Of a stretch of 64,000 nucleotides of DNA, positions 48,420 to 60,919 are shown one piece after another. Source of the stretch: Felis catus (lineage: Eukaryota); NCBI RefSeq assembly GCF_018350175.1, contig NC_058373.1, forward strand, positions 105,464,001 through 105,528,000, in the 5' to 3' direction. The notes below the pieces were generated by a model that worked only from the letters and a program-made list of their open reading frames with translations, did not search any database and was not told the DNA's origin. Position numbers and translations under genes: made by a program. Position 1 is the first letter of the stretch. Every line of letters begins with the position of its first letter.

Positions 48420-48905
48420 ACATATTTATGATGAAATGTCTCAAGCATGCAGTAAAACACTAAACACACACTAACGAACACTTACTCACCGAAGCTCCTC
48501 AAATCCTTGTTATTTTATTTTTTATTTTTTTTGCCATATCTGTTTCACATCACCTTTAAGAGAAATGAAACAGGTACAGTGAAGTGCCCTGAGGATTCCT
48601 TCCCCCTCCTTCTTCCCCAGAGGAAAACACTACTCCGCCTTTGGCATTCATCATTTGTTTCCACACATTTTATACTTTACATATGTATCTATAAATATAT
48701 GTACTTATCTGTAAATAGTGTACAGTCAAATTTTGCATGTTTTTAAACTTGACATAAATAGCATCAGACTGTATGATTCCCATACTTTGCTTCTTTTGTT
48801 CAACATTCTGTTCTGGGGATTTATCCGTGTTGAAACATGTAGTCCATAATATTTTAACTGCTGTAATTTACACTGTGTGAATATGCCGCTACTTTTTTGT
48901 CCATC
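48420..48905 (-). mobile_element. Ancient L1M (ME/MC-type) 3' remnant
   Basis: CTTCCCCAGAGGAAAACACTA, TTTTAAACTTGACATAAATAGCATC and GATTTATCCGTGTTG. Confidence 0.6.
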
Positions 48906-49904
48906 TTTGTGTTGCTCTCCTAGCTCGCTGTCTTCATGCTGTACTTTAATCTTTTCTAAATCGTTATTTCATTCTGTGACTCCTTAAAAGTTGAATGGTA
49001 AACCACAGCTTGCCATTGTAACAGGGAGATTCAGGTCATGACCCAGAATCCAAAGGTGAGCATGTAGGGTTTTGAATGGTGATAATGTGGAATTCTATTC
49101 TGGATGTGGTAAGGGCCACCTCTAAGCTTTGTGGGGAAAAAAAATTATTTTTGTGATGCCAGGTTTCCTTATTTCCTAAAGCATACTTAAAGTAGACCTC
49201 TGAGTGACTTTAAGGTTGTATTTTTAAGGAACATTTTTTTTTTCCCCTTAAACAAACCGTTTCTCTCCTTTGTTCTTGTTTTCTTCTTTCGACTTGTGAA
49301 AGAGGCCCAGTTGGATCTGAATTGTTGCCCAGGAACTTTTTGGGCTGATTCATTCTCTATTTCCTACATATTTTTGAAAAAAATTAATACAAAAGAGGGA
49401 GGGAAAGGCTGTAGGAATTTAGTTTGGTTGCTTCAGGGAGGAATGTCAGGAAAGACTATTTCCCCTCCTGATGGCTCCCACCAAAGAATCTTGCACCTCT
49501 CCCTAACCCTGGTGCTTCTCTCTGTATGCCCCTCCCTGAGCAGACAGGATCATTTAGTAGGGCTTTATTTTCACGAGGAGGTCCCCTTCTGTCCCTCCTT
49601 GTGCTCTTTTCCTGGATGCATTGACCCCACTGAAGTTATCCCATCTGGTTAGGAGACTTCTGAGAGATCTCGGTTTAACTATATTTAGTGAGGCTGGGAT
49701 CAGTGCTGTGTGGGGAGAGCTATTTCCAGGAAGGCAGAGGGCCAGTGGGGGGGTAAGCGGACAGCACAGCTGCAGGGGAAGGTTGTAAAAAAGATTAAAC
49801 CCTCCCCACAGCTGAGTGTATTTTACCAATGTAAATGTTGATCTCCTTTTTTAAACCCTCAAGGGACCCTGAGGAGAGGGATGTCTCTGGAACCTTAACT
49901 AGGC

Positions 49905-49931
<27 letters not shown>
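49905..49931 (+). repeat. Pure poly(A) run, 27 nt
   Basis: Read directly; no SINE or L1 body upstream. Confidence 0.95.
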
Positions 49932-49936
<5 letters not shown>

Positions 49937-50656
49937 TATGTCTGGAAATGCAGCTGACCCAAGGCAAGAAGCCTCCAGAGCTGAGAGAGGGTCGCAGAAA
50001 GGTCAAGGGGAAAGAAGGTGGGGGTGGTAGGGGGTGATGAGGGGCCTCAAATGGAATATTTCAGGCACTGTAAGCTTTTAAATAAATATCCCCACCCCTG
50101 CCCTTGGCTTATCAAGTCCTTCTAACCTTTTGAAGTTTACTAATCTTGCCATCCTCAAATGCTCTGTTGTAGTTGATAGAGACTGGATCTGGTTTGAACT
50201 GTCACATTGGCCCGGGACAGGGGGCAAATGAATGTTGGGAAGTTTGTTATCAAGAGGGCAGTATTTGTGGGGGCCCCGGGGGCTGCTGAGAAAGTCAAAG
50301 TAAAGTAAGTGCCCTCTTGACCTTCCAATCACAACATCTCACTCTGTTCTTCCAGCCTGGTGTTTAAGCACGGGGATGTTTATGTGGCCCCTGGCTAGGG
50401 TCTTATGCCGGCTCTTAACAATTTCTCAGTTTCTCTTTCTGGGATAAGCCAATGATTTATTTATGAGAGCTCATCCAAGATGTTCCTCACTGAATTGCAG
50501 TAATTTACAAACAAAAGATCCAGGTATGATAGAAAATGGTCATAGGATTGAAAATGTTTGAGAATCATTATTTTTGAGTATTTTCTGTTGGCTGTATGGA
50601 TGCTAGACTTGATTTCAGGACACGATGAATGATATTTGGGAAGAGTTAACATTTTC

Positions 50657-50883
50657 TTTTTTTTTTTTAAAAAAAAACAATTTGATTTAATGTTTTATTT
50701 ATTTTTGAGACAGAGAGAGACAAAGCATGAGCAGGGGAGGGTCAGAGAGAGAGGGAGACAGAATCCGAAGCAGGCTCCAAGCTGTCAGCACAGAGCCTGA
50801 CGCGGGGCTCAAACTCACGAACCACGAGATCATGACCTGAGCTGAAGTCGGCTGCTTAACCGACTGAGCCACCCAGGCTCCCC
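50657..50883 (-). mobile_element. CAN-SINE
   Basis: 18-bp TSD GGAAGAGTTAACATTTTC at 50639-50656 and 50886-50903. Confidence 0.96.
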
Positions 50884-50929
50884 ATGGAAGAGTTAACATT
50901 TTCCTAACACTCTCCATATTTCCCACACT

Positions 50930-51125
50930 TTGCTAAACACTTTGGATGTATTCTCATTTCATCTTTCCAACAGTCCTATGAATGAGTCTTATTTTATAGA
51001 TAAGAAAGGCTGAGGCTTAGAGAGATTCAGCAATTTCTGCAAGGTCACAGAGCCGTCATGTGGAAAAGCCAAGGCTTGAACCCAGCTCTGAAAGGATCTG
51101 AAGCACATGTTTTCACTATTACCCT
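50930..51125 (-). mobile_element. MIR
   Basis: ATTTTATAGATAAGAAAGGCTGAGGCTTAGAGAG...CAAGGTCACAG...CTTGAACCCAG. Confidence 0.8.
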
Positions 51126-51329
51126 GCCATGGTGTGGGCTACGCATCTGGATGCCAACCACAGCACATGGGATTATATTTCAGTTTGGTGGCACGGGGAT
51201 GCCCGGTTGATTTTGAAATTGCCTTTCTATAGAAAGCCCACAGGGCTTTGTTCCTGGTATTAGAATTAGAAGGAATATTTAGGTGTTCTAGGCATTTCCC
51301 CTTTTTCCCCTAGTTAAGCAGATCACTTA

Positions 51330-51660
51330 AATCATTCACTTACTCATTCAGTGTTTGTTAGGTGTCTAACATGTGCCAAATGCTAAATGCTGGGCAGACA
51401 ATGGTAAGCAACAGTAGTCATGGATGATGAGCCCTTGAAGCTGGAGTCTAGTATACTCAAATAAGTACACAACTGTGCAATTTCCCTTGGGCTAAGTGCC
51501 ATGCAAGGGAGGGATACGGGGTATAAGCGCTCCTGATATGGAGATGTGACTAGTCAGAGAGGTTGGGGAAGGCTTTCTGGGATTTGATGCAGGAGCAATG
51601 TATACATGGGCAACTGTATGACTATTTGGGGGTATAGTCCTTGGTATAGCTTCAGCAGAG
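51330..51660 (-). mobile_element. L2 3' region
   Basis: CATTCACTTACTCATTCA...ATGTGCCAAATGCT...GTCAGAGAGGTTGGGGAAGGCTTTCTGG. Confidence 0.65.
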
Positions 51661-52310
51661 GAGCTCCCTTTGGGAAATTCCTTGGATTCTAGCCTCATTG
51701 GCCTGGAAAAAAAGATGTCCAAGGTTTTGCGAAGTCCAGGCTTCTTCAGAGACTCAGCCAAGCATTTCATGCGCTCAAACACAAGTTAGCATAGAATGCC
51801 TAGAGAGCAGGAGGCTCCTGCTTGTCCAGCCTAAAAATGGACTTGAATACCTCTTGTCTGTTGAAGAGTGGTTAAAATGGAGACTAGTCCAGTTTATCTT
51901 GCCTGTTTCAGCAGGAAGCCAATCTTTAGGATATTCTAACATTGGGAATATGTATCCCGTGAGGTTTCTGCCATACACAGCAATAGTCATAAAATCCTGG
52001 AATGTTAACGGTGGAAGGACGTTACTGAATCTTAATGGAGAGGGACCATGTTGGGTTCTAACTCCCTACTTGGCCAATGAGAGAAGTAAAGCCCGGTGGT
52101 CAGATTTACGAAGCTGGGTTTACACATTCATGCACCGTTCTCGGTGATGTGGCCGCTTTGGTGATCCAACCAGACAGAACTCCTGCCCTCACTGAGGTAC
52201 TCTCTAGTGGGTCTCCAGCATCTCCCAGTCTCTGCCCAGTTCTTTATACCATACTCACTTTCCAGATCTCACTTCTCGCTGGAAATGAGTTCTTCATGAG
52301 GCAAGAAAAA

Positions 52311-52361
52311 ATGTTTATTTATTTGTTTTTGAGAGAGACAGAGAGAGAGCGGGGGAGGGGC

Positions 52362-52399
<38 letters not shown>

Positions 52400-52526
52400 T
52401 CCCAAGCAGGCTCCACGCCATCAGCACAGAGCCTGATGTGGGACTTGAACTCAGGTGCTATGAGATCATGGCCTGAGCCAAAACCAAGAGTTGGAGGCTT
52501 AACTGACTGAACCACCCAGGTGCCCC
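52311..52526 (-). mobile_element. CAN-SINE
   Basis: (GA)n linker and head ...ACCACCCAGGTGCCCC. Confidence 0.93.
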
Positions 52527-53659
52527 CAAAGAAGGCAGTGTTTTGACCAATGACCCTTCTGAAATTTGATGCTAGAGTTATAAGGACCAAGGCAAATGTG
52601 TGGGAGAACCTTCTGTAATAAAATTATATGCTGACATTTTCCTTCACTAGCATACAGTTGTTCTCTTGAAAAATTGAACATTACCACCCGCTGGCAAAGA
52701 CATGCTCTTTTTTCAACTCATAGCGTTGACTAATGTGGGCTTTGGCTGGGGACTGTTGAGAAAATATTGCTTTTTTTAATTGCTGTTTTTTATTTTATTG
52801 CATCAGCAACAAAATATAGATTTTTTTAGTGGCTGTTTTGTTTACTGTTCTTAAACTAAGAATAACCTCTGCACTGGAGGTTGAAAAATTATATTTCTCC
52901 TTGAACTCATGTAGGCCTAATATCTTCTTTTCAAATGACTTTTTCCCCCATGTTATTATTTCTGTGTTAAGCGAGGAATGAAGTACTAACAGGTTCCCCC
53001 CTCCTCCCATAAATGTCTGTCTCCAACAAGTAGTATCTAGTTGAGTGATTGTCACCAGTTTTAGATTAATAGGCTGTTTTCAGTGGATGACTTTCCTAGT
53101 GAGGCCCCATACATTTTCATAGCTTATGATCCTTTTGTGTTGGAACTAGATTCTTGGATATCCCAAATCAATGTAATATAAGCCTAATAATATAAGTAAC
53201 GAACTTACAAATCTTCATTAAGTCTGATGAAATCTTCTCCAAGTCAGCTGTTTCTGGTGCAAATTCACATGGATGTTTTTCAATCTGTCAAAGTTGGGAC
53301 GGATAATGACTTTGGCTACCAACTTGTTCGACTGCCCTCCCTCTGCGACTCTTCACCAAACTTTACAGAGAAATCAAAAGCTTCAGGTAAAAGCTCCAGC
53401 ACCCTCTTCAGCTGGCTTCAGTTGCCTTTTATCTAAATCTCTCTAATGATATGCTTTTAATGAGCTGGTCTTTGCCATTGAAATTCTGCTTTTGTTTTGC
53501 TTTATATTGTTGTGTTGGCTCTAAGGGAGGTCATTTAACACATGAAAATACCCCTTACCTCCTCAGGGTTGCACACTGTGCCACATTTTATCTAGTTAGG
53601 CTGCTGGCTTTTTGCAAGGAGTGATTGATGTATGGGATTCAGAGGTCAGAAGTTTTACA

Positions 53660-53812
53660 TCCTTGCTGCTCAAAGTGTGGTCCGTGAACCAGCAGTAGTG
53701 GCATTATCTGGAAGCTTGTGAGAAATGCTGACTCCCAGGCCCTGCCCCTGACCTACTGAACCATACTCTGCATTTAACAGGTTTCCTTCCCATTAAAGCG
53801 TGAGAAGTACTG
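53660..53812. mobile_element. MER5A1-type MITE
   Basis: CTCAAAGTGTGGTCCGTGAACCAGCAG...GAGAAATGCTGACTCCCAGGCCCTGCCCCTGACCTACTGAA. Confidence 0.85.
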
Positions 53813-54459
53813 GTCCACTTTGTAGTCCAGAGAATGGGATTCGTTGGATGAATTTTAGGATTTCACCCTTCTTCACCTCTGTGTCTCGTCTCTCCATCCC
53901 CAGGTGTCCAGGACGGATCTTAGCTATGGTGATTTCTTTCATATGAATGCTCTTCTAGAAGTCTTAAAAATGAAAATTGGATGTTCCCTTTGGGGTTTTT
54001 ATGCTTGTTCTTGTTTCATGAAATGTAGTGTTTCTAGGCATCTTATATTTTTAGAAACTTCTGAAATTCTCTGTGTGTTCCACGTGTGACTCTATTTCCC
54101 TGAAGTTTTCAGGAAATATTATCCTTGTTTTCCCATGCTTCACATCGGTTCAAAAGAATTGTTTTCTTTTCATAAGCTGAGTATGATACAGCTGCTTTTG
54201 ATGTGAGATTAGAGCGAACATTGCCGAGCCAAATTATTTTGCTTTGAAGTCCTGTAATTGCAGCTTGATTTTGACTCGATGTATTTCTTATCTAAACACA
54301 CCAACAGTTAATACTTCATTGGGGGCATTTTACTGTTGTATGTTTGGAGTAGCACTTTACTTATCAAACCAGTTATTTATTTTTCAAGTGGAAAAGAATA
54401 TATTGCATCTTTCGCCATATTTTAAAGTTCCCAGGATTTAAGTGAGAGCCCTCAGGTTT

Positions 54460-54534
54460 TATTTTGTTTCGTTTTGGGTGTTTTTTTTTTTTTTTTGAGA
54501 CACAGACACACACACACACAGACACACACACACA

Positions 54535-54588
<54 letters not shown>

Positions 54589-54707
54589 GAATCTCAGGCA
54601 GGCTCCATGCCCAGCACAGAGCTCCATCTCAATCAAGACCCTGAGATCATGACCTGAGCTGAAATCAACAGTCGGATGCTTAATGGACTGAGGCACCCGG
54701 TTACCCC
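54460..54707 (-). mobile_element. CAN-SINE with expanded (CA)n linker
   Basis: T tail, (CA)n at about 54500-54586, GAGATCATGACCTGAGCTGAAATCAA; TSD core CAGGTTT. Confidence 0.9.
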
Positions 54708-56069
54708 AGGTTTCAGTTTTAGATTTAGTTTAAATCTCAAAATGAAAACAGTGGTACTTAAGTTGAATGGACCCAGCAGAGGCCTATAGCAAATCAGCAT
54801 ACTCCTGGGTTCTGAAGGAATTTAGGGTTTAGAAAAAATTCTAGCTGCAGATAAGATTTTTGAAGAAAATTCAAAGTGCCGTTTGGAATGCCGCTGTGAT
54901 TTTCAATGCAGGCATTTATTAGGCACCTACTGTGTACATAGTGCCAGGTTGCTACAGCTCTGGAGAACGTATGTCCTAGATTTTCTGGAGCATTCTTAAT
55001 TTTCTTAATTTCATTTTTCCTGGCCAGACCATGTGTCTCAATTTTTGATCCAGCAAATATGTTCACAACGGGGGAAGCAGGAACAGAGGGTAAAAGAGCT
55101 GACTCTCAGTGAGGAGTCATGATGTGTGTGCTTCCTTCTTCACATGAGCCCTTGCTCCACCTGCTAAATGCAGGAAATGGTTCAGAGAGCACACCAGGCT
55201 GGAAAAAAATGTGTGCACATGGAAAGATTTTTAGGGAACTCTGCTTCCCTGGTTCCCTCTTTATCCACCCTACTTCAAAAGAGTTTAGCTGTCTGCAAAG
55301 CTCAATTACAGGCCAAATTAAACCAGTTGCATCGGACCTTGGAAATTTTTGCAAAGAAATTGTGCAGGCAGCAAAATGGGCATCGGGCAATAAGGTACAC
55401 ACAATAAAATATTTTTGTTAATTCGTGTACAGGACTAACAGTTCAAACTTGCCTGGTTTTACAGCCAATTGGGGTTAGCTAGAAGAAGGAGTTTAAAGGA
55501 GTTTACATTTAAATTTAAAGAAAATTACACACATTTTTAAAAACAATGTCCTTTCAACTTTCTTCCCCATCTGTATCCTCCTAATACTCCTCATCTCCTG
55601 AAAGATAAAACAAACCTATAATTGGTTACAAACAGCAATAATGCCCCCTTTGAATCTATTTGTTCATTTATTTCTTCTCTAAAGTCTCTGGTGGAGGTGC
55701 TAGCGAGGGGCTTTATTTGCTGGTTTTAGAGCAAGAATCTGAGAGTAAGGAGGTTAACTGCTGGGCTCTTAGTGTCTGCTTTTCCACCAATCGTGCACTA
55801 ACAGGGCAGACTGCACGACAGGGATGTGCCCAGCCCTCTCTCCTCTGGCTGGTGATGTTCAAAACAAAAAGATTAAGAACTTCCAGTTTAGTCACAATGT
55901 GGCCTCACTTCCATTTTAAGTGGTTATAGTTCTCTTCTTTGCAAAGTGATTTGCCATTTGCCTTTCTTTGCAGAATTGGAGGTCCACTGCAGCGTCCTCC
56001 TCAGCAGAGAAACACGAACTCCTTGAAGGTGTGGTGAGGGAGAGGGAGTGCGCTCAAGAGCCTTCACCC

Positions 56070-56250
56070 GAGTCTGGATTGGGGCTTCGCTGCTTTCTTG
56101 CTCTGGGCTTTTTGGTAAGTCACTTCAACTCTATAAACCTTAGTTTGCTCATTGTTCAAGGTGCACAATAGAGCTTTCATAGTCTTATTGTATCAAATGA
56201 GAGAACACACCTCCATGTACCTAGGCAGTATGAAGAAAGTCCTCAGAGGT
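56070..56250 (+). mobile_element. MIR
   Basis: TTGGTAAGTCACTTCAACTCTATAAACCTTAGTTTGCTCAT. Confidence 0.6.
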
Positions 56251-56814
56251 TATTTTTTCCCCGTGATGAATTCATTTAAGTTTGCTTATATGCTATGCAG
56301 TTGGCATAGCATGCTCGTGGCATAGCCCAGGAAATGCCTCTGCTTGGAAAAGCCTGCAAATCATTCATTCATATGCTTCTTCACTCAGCACATGTTACGT
56401 CTTGGGCATTAGGAATATAAAAACAAATAAGACATAGTTTACCCCCAAGGGGCTCTTTATGGACCCATCCAAATTTACCTAAATTACCCTTTTAAAAAGA
56501 CTTCTTTTATGGTCTCAGATTTGTGGCCTTGCTTTCATTTTGAGTCCATTGATTGGTCAACTCCACCGAGCAGGAGACCATTAAAAAAAATACTGTTGAT
56601 TTCTCTTTATTTAAATTAATTTTAATTCATTCTGATTATCACTGCTTATCGTCTTCAAAGAGAATTATTACTTATGGGAATTAAAATCCACAAATTTCAG
56701 AGAATGATACAAACAGACTCTTGGTCTGTCTAATACTTAGTGATGCCTCCTGTAGTATTTACAGTGGGTATTGCATGGAATAATATGGCCTGGCAGATAG
56801 CAGGCATCTAATAT

Positions 56815-58307
56815 ATATATTTTTTTAACTTTATTTTTTATTTTTTAAAATTTACATCCAGATTAGTTAGCATATAATGAAGCAATGATTTCTAGAGTAG
56901 ATTCCTTAATGCCCCTTACCCATTTAGCCCATCTCCCCTCCCACAACCTCTCCAGCAACCCTCAGTTTGTTCTCCATATTTATGAGTCTCTTCTGTTTTG
57001 TCCCCCTCCCTGTTTTTATATTATTTTTGTTTCCTTTCCCTTATATTCATCTGTTTTGTCTCTTAAAGTCCTCATAGGAGTGAAGTCATATAATTTTTGT
57101 CTTTCTCTGACTAATTTCACTTAGCATAATACCCTCCAGTTCTATCCACATAGTTGCAAATGGCAAGATTTCATTCTTTTTGATTGCCGAGTAGTACTCC
57201 ATTGTATATATATACACCACATCTTCTTTATCCACTCATCCATCGATGGACATTTGGGCTCTTTCCATACTTTGGCTATTGTTGATAGTGCTGCTATAAA
57301 CATGGGGGTGCATGCGTCCCTTCAAAACAGCACACCTGTATCCCTTGGATAAATGCCATTTTACTACTAGTGCAATTGCTGGGTCGTAGGGTAGTTCTAT
57401 TTTTAGTTTTTTGAGGCACCTCCATATTGTTTTCCAGAGTGGCTGCACCAGCTTGCATCCCCACTGACAATGCAAAAGAGATCCTCTTTCTCCGCATCCT
57501 CGCCAACATCTGTTGTTGCCTCAGTTGTTAATGTTAGCCATTCTGACAGGTGTGAGGTGGTATCTCATTGTGGTCTTGATTTGTATTCCCTGATGATGAG
57601 TGATGTGGAGCATTTTTTCATGTGTCGGTTGGCCATCTGGATGTGTTCTTTGGAGAAGTGTCTAATCATGTCTTTTGCCCATTTCTTCACTGGATTATTT
57701 GTTTTTTCGGTGTTGAGTTTGATAAGTTCTTTGCAGATTTTGGATACTAACCCTTTATCTGATATGTCATGTGCAAATATCTTCTCCCATTCTGTTGGTT
57801 GCCTTTTAGTTTTGCTGATTGTTTCCTTCATTGTGCAGAAGCTTTTTATTTTGTTGAGGTCCCAGTAGTTCATTTTCGCTTTTGTTTCCCTTGCTTCCAG
57901 AGATGTGTTGAGTAAGAAGTTGCTGCGGTCAAGATCAAAGAGGGTTTTGCCTGCTTTCTCCTTGAGGATTTTAATGGCTTCCTGTCTTACATTGAGGTCT
58001 TTCATCCATTTTGAGTTTATTTTTGTGTATGGTGTACGAAAGTGGTCCAGGTTCATTTTTCTGCATGTTGCTATCCAGTTTTCCCAGCACCACTTGCTAA
58101 AGAGATTGTCTTTATTCCATTGGATATTCTTTCTTGCTTTGTCAAAGATTAGTTGGCCATACGTTTGTGGGTCTATATATATATTATATTTCTGGGTCCT
58201 CTATTCCATTCCAGTGATCTGAGTGTCTGTTCTTGTGCCAGTACCATACTGTCTTGATGATTACAGCTTTGTAGTATAGCTTGAAGTCTGGGATTGTGAT
58301 GCCTCCG
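56815..58307 (-). mobile_element. 5'-truncated felid LINE-1 (about 1.5 kb: ORF2 C-terminus and 3' UTR)
   Basis: Minus ORFs read [18 protein letters not shown]..., [12 protein letters not shown] and [23 protein letters not shown]-rich tail; TSD AGCAGGCATCTA at 56799-56810 and 58308-58319. Confidence 0.97.
57080..58300 (-). pseudogene. Disrupted L1 ORF2p C-terminal coding remnant (post-RT and cysteine-rich region)
   Basis: ORF2 peptides are split over several frames (57565-58056, 57236-57475), so the frame is broken and it is non-functional. Confidence 0.9.
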
Positions 58308-58499
58308 AGCAGGCATCTAGTATTAACTGGAGTGAAGTACAGTTCTCAGAGGGCAGATAATACATTTCCTATTCTGCTGTCCTATAAATTAAGATTTCGA
58401 TAAAAGAACTGAAGAGCAGGATCATCGTAGCCTCTGGATGAACTGGACTTTTTTCTTTTTAACCAAATAGGCACTTCGCGGTGTGATTGCTGGGGAAGT

Positions 58500-58765
58500 G
58501 TGGAACAGGGGTGAAAAGCATAGACTTTGGAGTCAGGCAGACGTGGTATGCTCTAAGCTGGGCCACTCACTCTTGTGAACAACTCAGCAACCAGTAGTTG
58601 TGATTTCGAGCAAGTCACTTGATCTCTCTGAGCTTCTGTTTCCTCATCTGTAAACAGAGCATCCTGAGAATATATGGCTCTCTGGCTTGTGAAGGGAATT
58701 AAATGGGATGCTGCACGTAAAAAGCCTGGCTCACAGCTCACGGGAACAGCCAATGAAAGTCAGGT
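58500..58765 (+). mobile_element. MIR
   Basis: AGACTTTGGAGTCAGGCAGAC...GAGCAAGTCACTTGATCTCTCTGAGCTTCTGTTTCCTCATCTGTAAA. Confidence 0.85.
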
Positions 58766-59989
58766 GTGGAGACAGAGGAGGCTGGAGTTTTGGATGAATG
58801 GCTTTGCTGTTGGAGATGAACATTCCCATGATTATTACATAAATCAAATGGATGGTCTTTGAGGGTTTATGGCCCTTCCATCTTCCTAGGAGGCACTGCT
58901 TCCTCCAGATGTAGTTCTTAACCCCGAGGCCACCTGGAGGGATTCCCAAGGCATCATCTATTAACAGGCTCTGGGCTGTATATACCCGAGAGGGAGGGGG
59001 CAGCCGTTCCCTGGGGATGAAGGCAGCGAGTCTGGGGCCACTCCAGGTTCCGGCCCCCTCCCTCATACTTTATTTAGCTTCAGTTCAGGGACAAGGGCAC
59101 TCAGACCTGCAGATGGAAGCTGTTTCATCTTAGCTGGGTCAGAGGTTAATGGAGATAAGTAGTGTCTTCTTACCAGGAGTCCTCAGGAAAGCCCAGTGTG
59201 TTGTTGGACTTGAATCAAGAGCTCAGATATTGAACAGACGCATATTCTCCTACCTTGGGGAGAGAAAGTGAGGCCCTGTGTGACAGAAGCTCCAGAAGAC
59301 CAGGCGAGAGGCAGAGGTGGCTGGAGGCCCGTGTGCTTCACTGAATGGCTCAGGGTGAAACAAGAGAATTGTCCACAGAACAATCAGAAATCTGAGGTCA
59401 GTCAATTTAGTACAGCACTTCACTGTACTAAACTGGGAGCTTCTGCACGGTCCACTTTGAAATAAAGGCTGCTCCCACTCCCACCTCCTGAGCCTTGGGA
59501 CCAGATAGGTTTCTTTGCACAGACTACCACTGTAGTAGCTTGTGGTCTGGCTACCCCTGTGACTCATGGGAACAGCAGCCTGGGGTCCCATCCAATGCTC
59601 CTCCTGGCCAGAGTCTGTTCTGATGGAGGGAGCATATTTGAGCAGTCTGTGGGCTTTAGACCTGGACCTTCTCTTTTGAGATGAAGCAATCTCAACAAGT
59701 CAATCCAGGTTACTAAAGAGAGGGCAAATATTTAAATATCAGGAGTGTTTCTAAACATCCAGTAAGCCTCTTTTCTTCTGAAAAGCCTTCCTTGGTCATG
59801 CCACATAGAAAAATTCTTCCTCTGTATTCCTAGAGCACTTAGTATCACTTCTCTGTGGCTTTAATCACTGGCTGCCCTGCATGCCAAACTCCCTGTCATC
59901 TCTTGCTTAATGTTCTAGAAGGGACTGAAGCAGCCTGCCTGCCTCCCTCCCTCCCTCTTCTCACTCTCTCTTTCCTTTGTTCTATCCTT

Positions 59990-60105
59990 CCTTCCATTCA
60001 ACAATAAGTAATGGGCATCTGTATGCGTGGTACTTTCTAGGTGCTAGAGACAACTGTGAACAGAATAGATATAGTTCCTGTCCTGGGGAGCTCATGTTCT
60101 AGGGG
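59990..60105 (-). mobile_element. L2 3' end
   Basis: CATTCAACAATAAGTAATGGGCATCT...CTAGGTGCTAGAGAC...GAGCTCATGTTCTAG. Confidence 0.7.
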
Positions 60106-60109
60106 GCAT

Positions 60110-60235
60110 GTTCACTCACATCTCCCACTAGACCATACTCTCTGGGAAGCAGAAGCCATATCATATTTCTCATATCCCTGGTAGCAGCTTATGCCTTGCC
60201 AGCCAAGGGCCTAAGATGCTTGTTGAATGAATATT
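60110..60235 (+). mobile_element. L2 3' end
   Basis: CTCCCACTAGACC...GATGCTTGTTGAATGAAT. Confidence 0.65.
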
Positions 60236-60300
60236 TGCTTCTTGGTACATATGTAGAGGTTGCCACCTCAAAAGCTCCTGGAGCCAAGTAAATGTCTGAA

Positions 60301-60372
60301 TGCCTGGGAAAGACTGGGACATGGTGGTGACCCTGGGGAAAGACGAGCACATGGTGGTGATGCTGGGCAAAC
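60301..60372. repeat. Degenerate 30-bp tandem repeat, about 2.4 copies
   Basis: TGCCTGGGAAAGACTGGGACATGGTGGTGA / CCCTGGGGAAAGACGAGCACATGGTGGTGA / TGCTGGGCAAAC. Confidence 0.85.
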
Positions 60373-60919
60373 TGGAGAATGTAGATACTGGCACACAGCC
60401 ATTACTGTCGGTTCAGCTGGACCTGGCCATTTGGGAACATGAGCCTTGTCTTGCTGAATCTTCTGATTTCTTGAGAGAAGCTAGAAATCGGGCTTTTAAT
60501 GTGAAATCTCATTTTTAATTGTTGACGTTTACTTCAGTTAAAAGACCCAAGAAAATTCATCGGTGGGCCAGCTGAAGAAGACCACAGGCTATCTGAGTGT
60601 TGTTGCGGCTAGGGATTTACTGCTTTGCAGTGTTTGTGAAGAGAGGGGATACCCTATGGGAGGCCATCAAACTGGAAATCTGTGCTCACTCACAGATTCC
60701 TCCTCTCCATCCCCTCGAGCCCAGCAGTTACCTCCAGGCTCCAGTCTATTGCTGAGACATGCTTATCACCTGCCTCCACTTTTAGCTCCTCCCACATTCT
60801 CCAGTGGATACTCATATATAGCAGAGGGGGAAGGGAAACCTGTAGGAAGAAGTATAACATGGCAATGACAGGTCTGAGAATGGAATGGCTACACCATGGT
60901 TATTAGATTCCTTTAGGAG

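Noticed and set aside
51698..52147. 149-aa plus ORF
   Set aside because: Non-ATG start, overlaps MIR/L2-like remnants, no recognisable domain.
53905..53928. Peptide CPGRILAM resembling the cytochrome P450 heme-binding motif
   Set aside because: Only 8 residues, with no upstream FxxGxR and no other P450-like exon recognised; probably chance.
57565..58056. 163-aa ORF, the longest in the track
   Set aside because: It is a fragment of L1 ORF2p in a truncated, frameshifted element, not a host gene.
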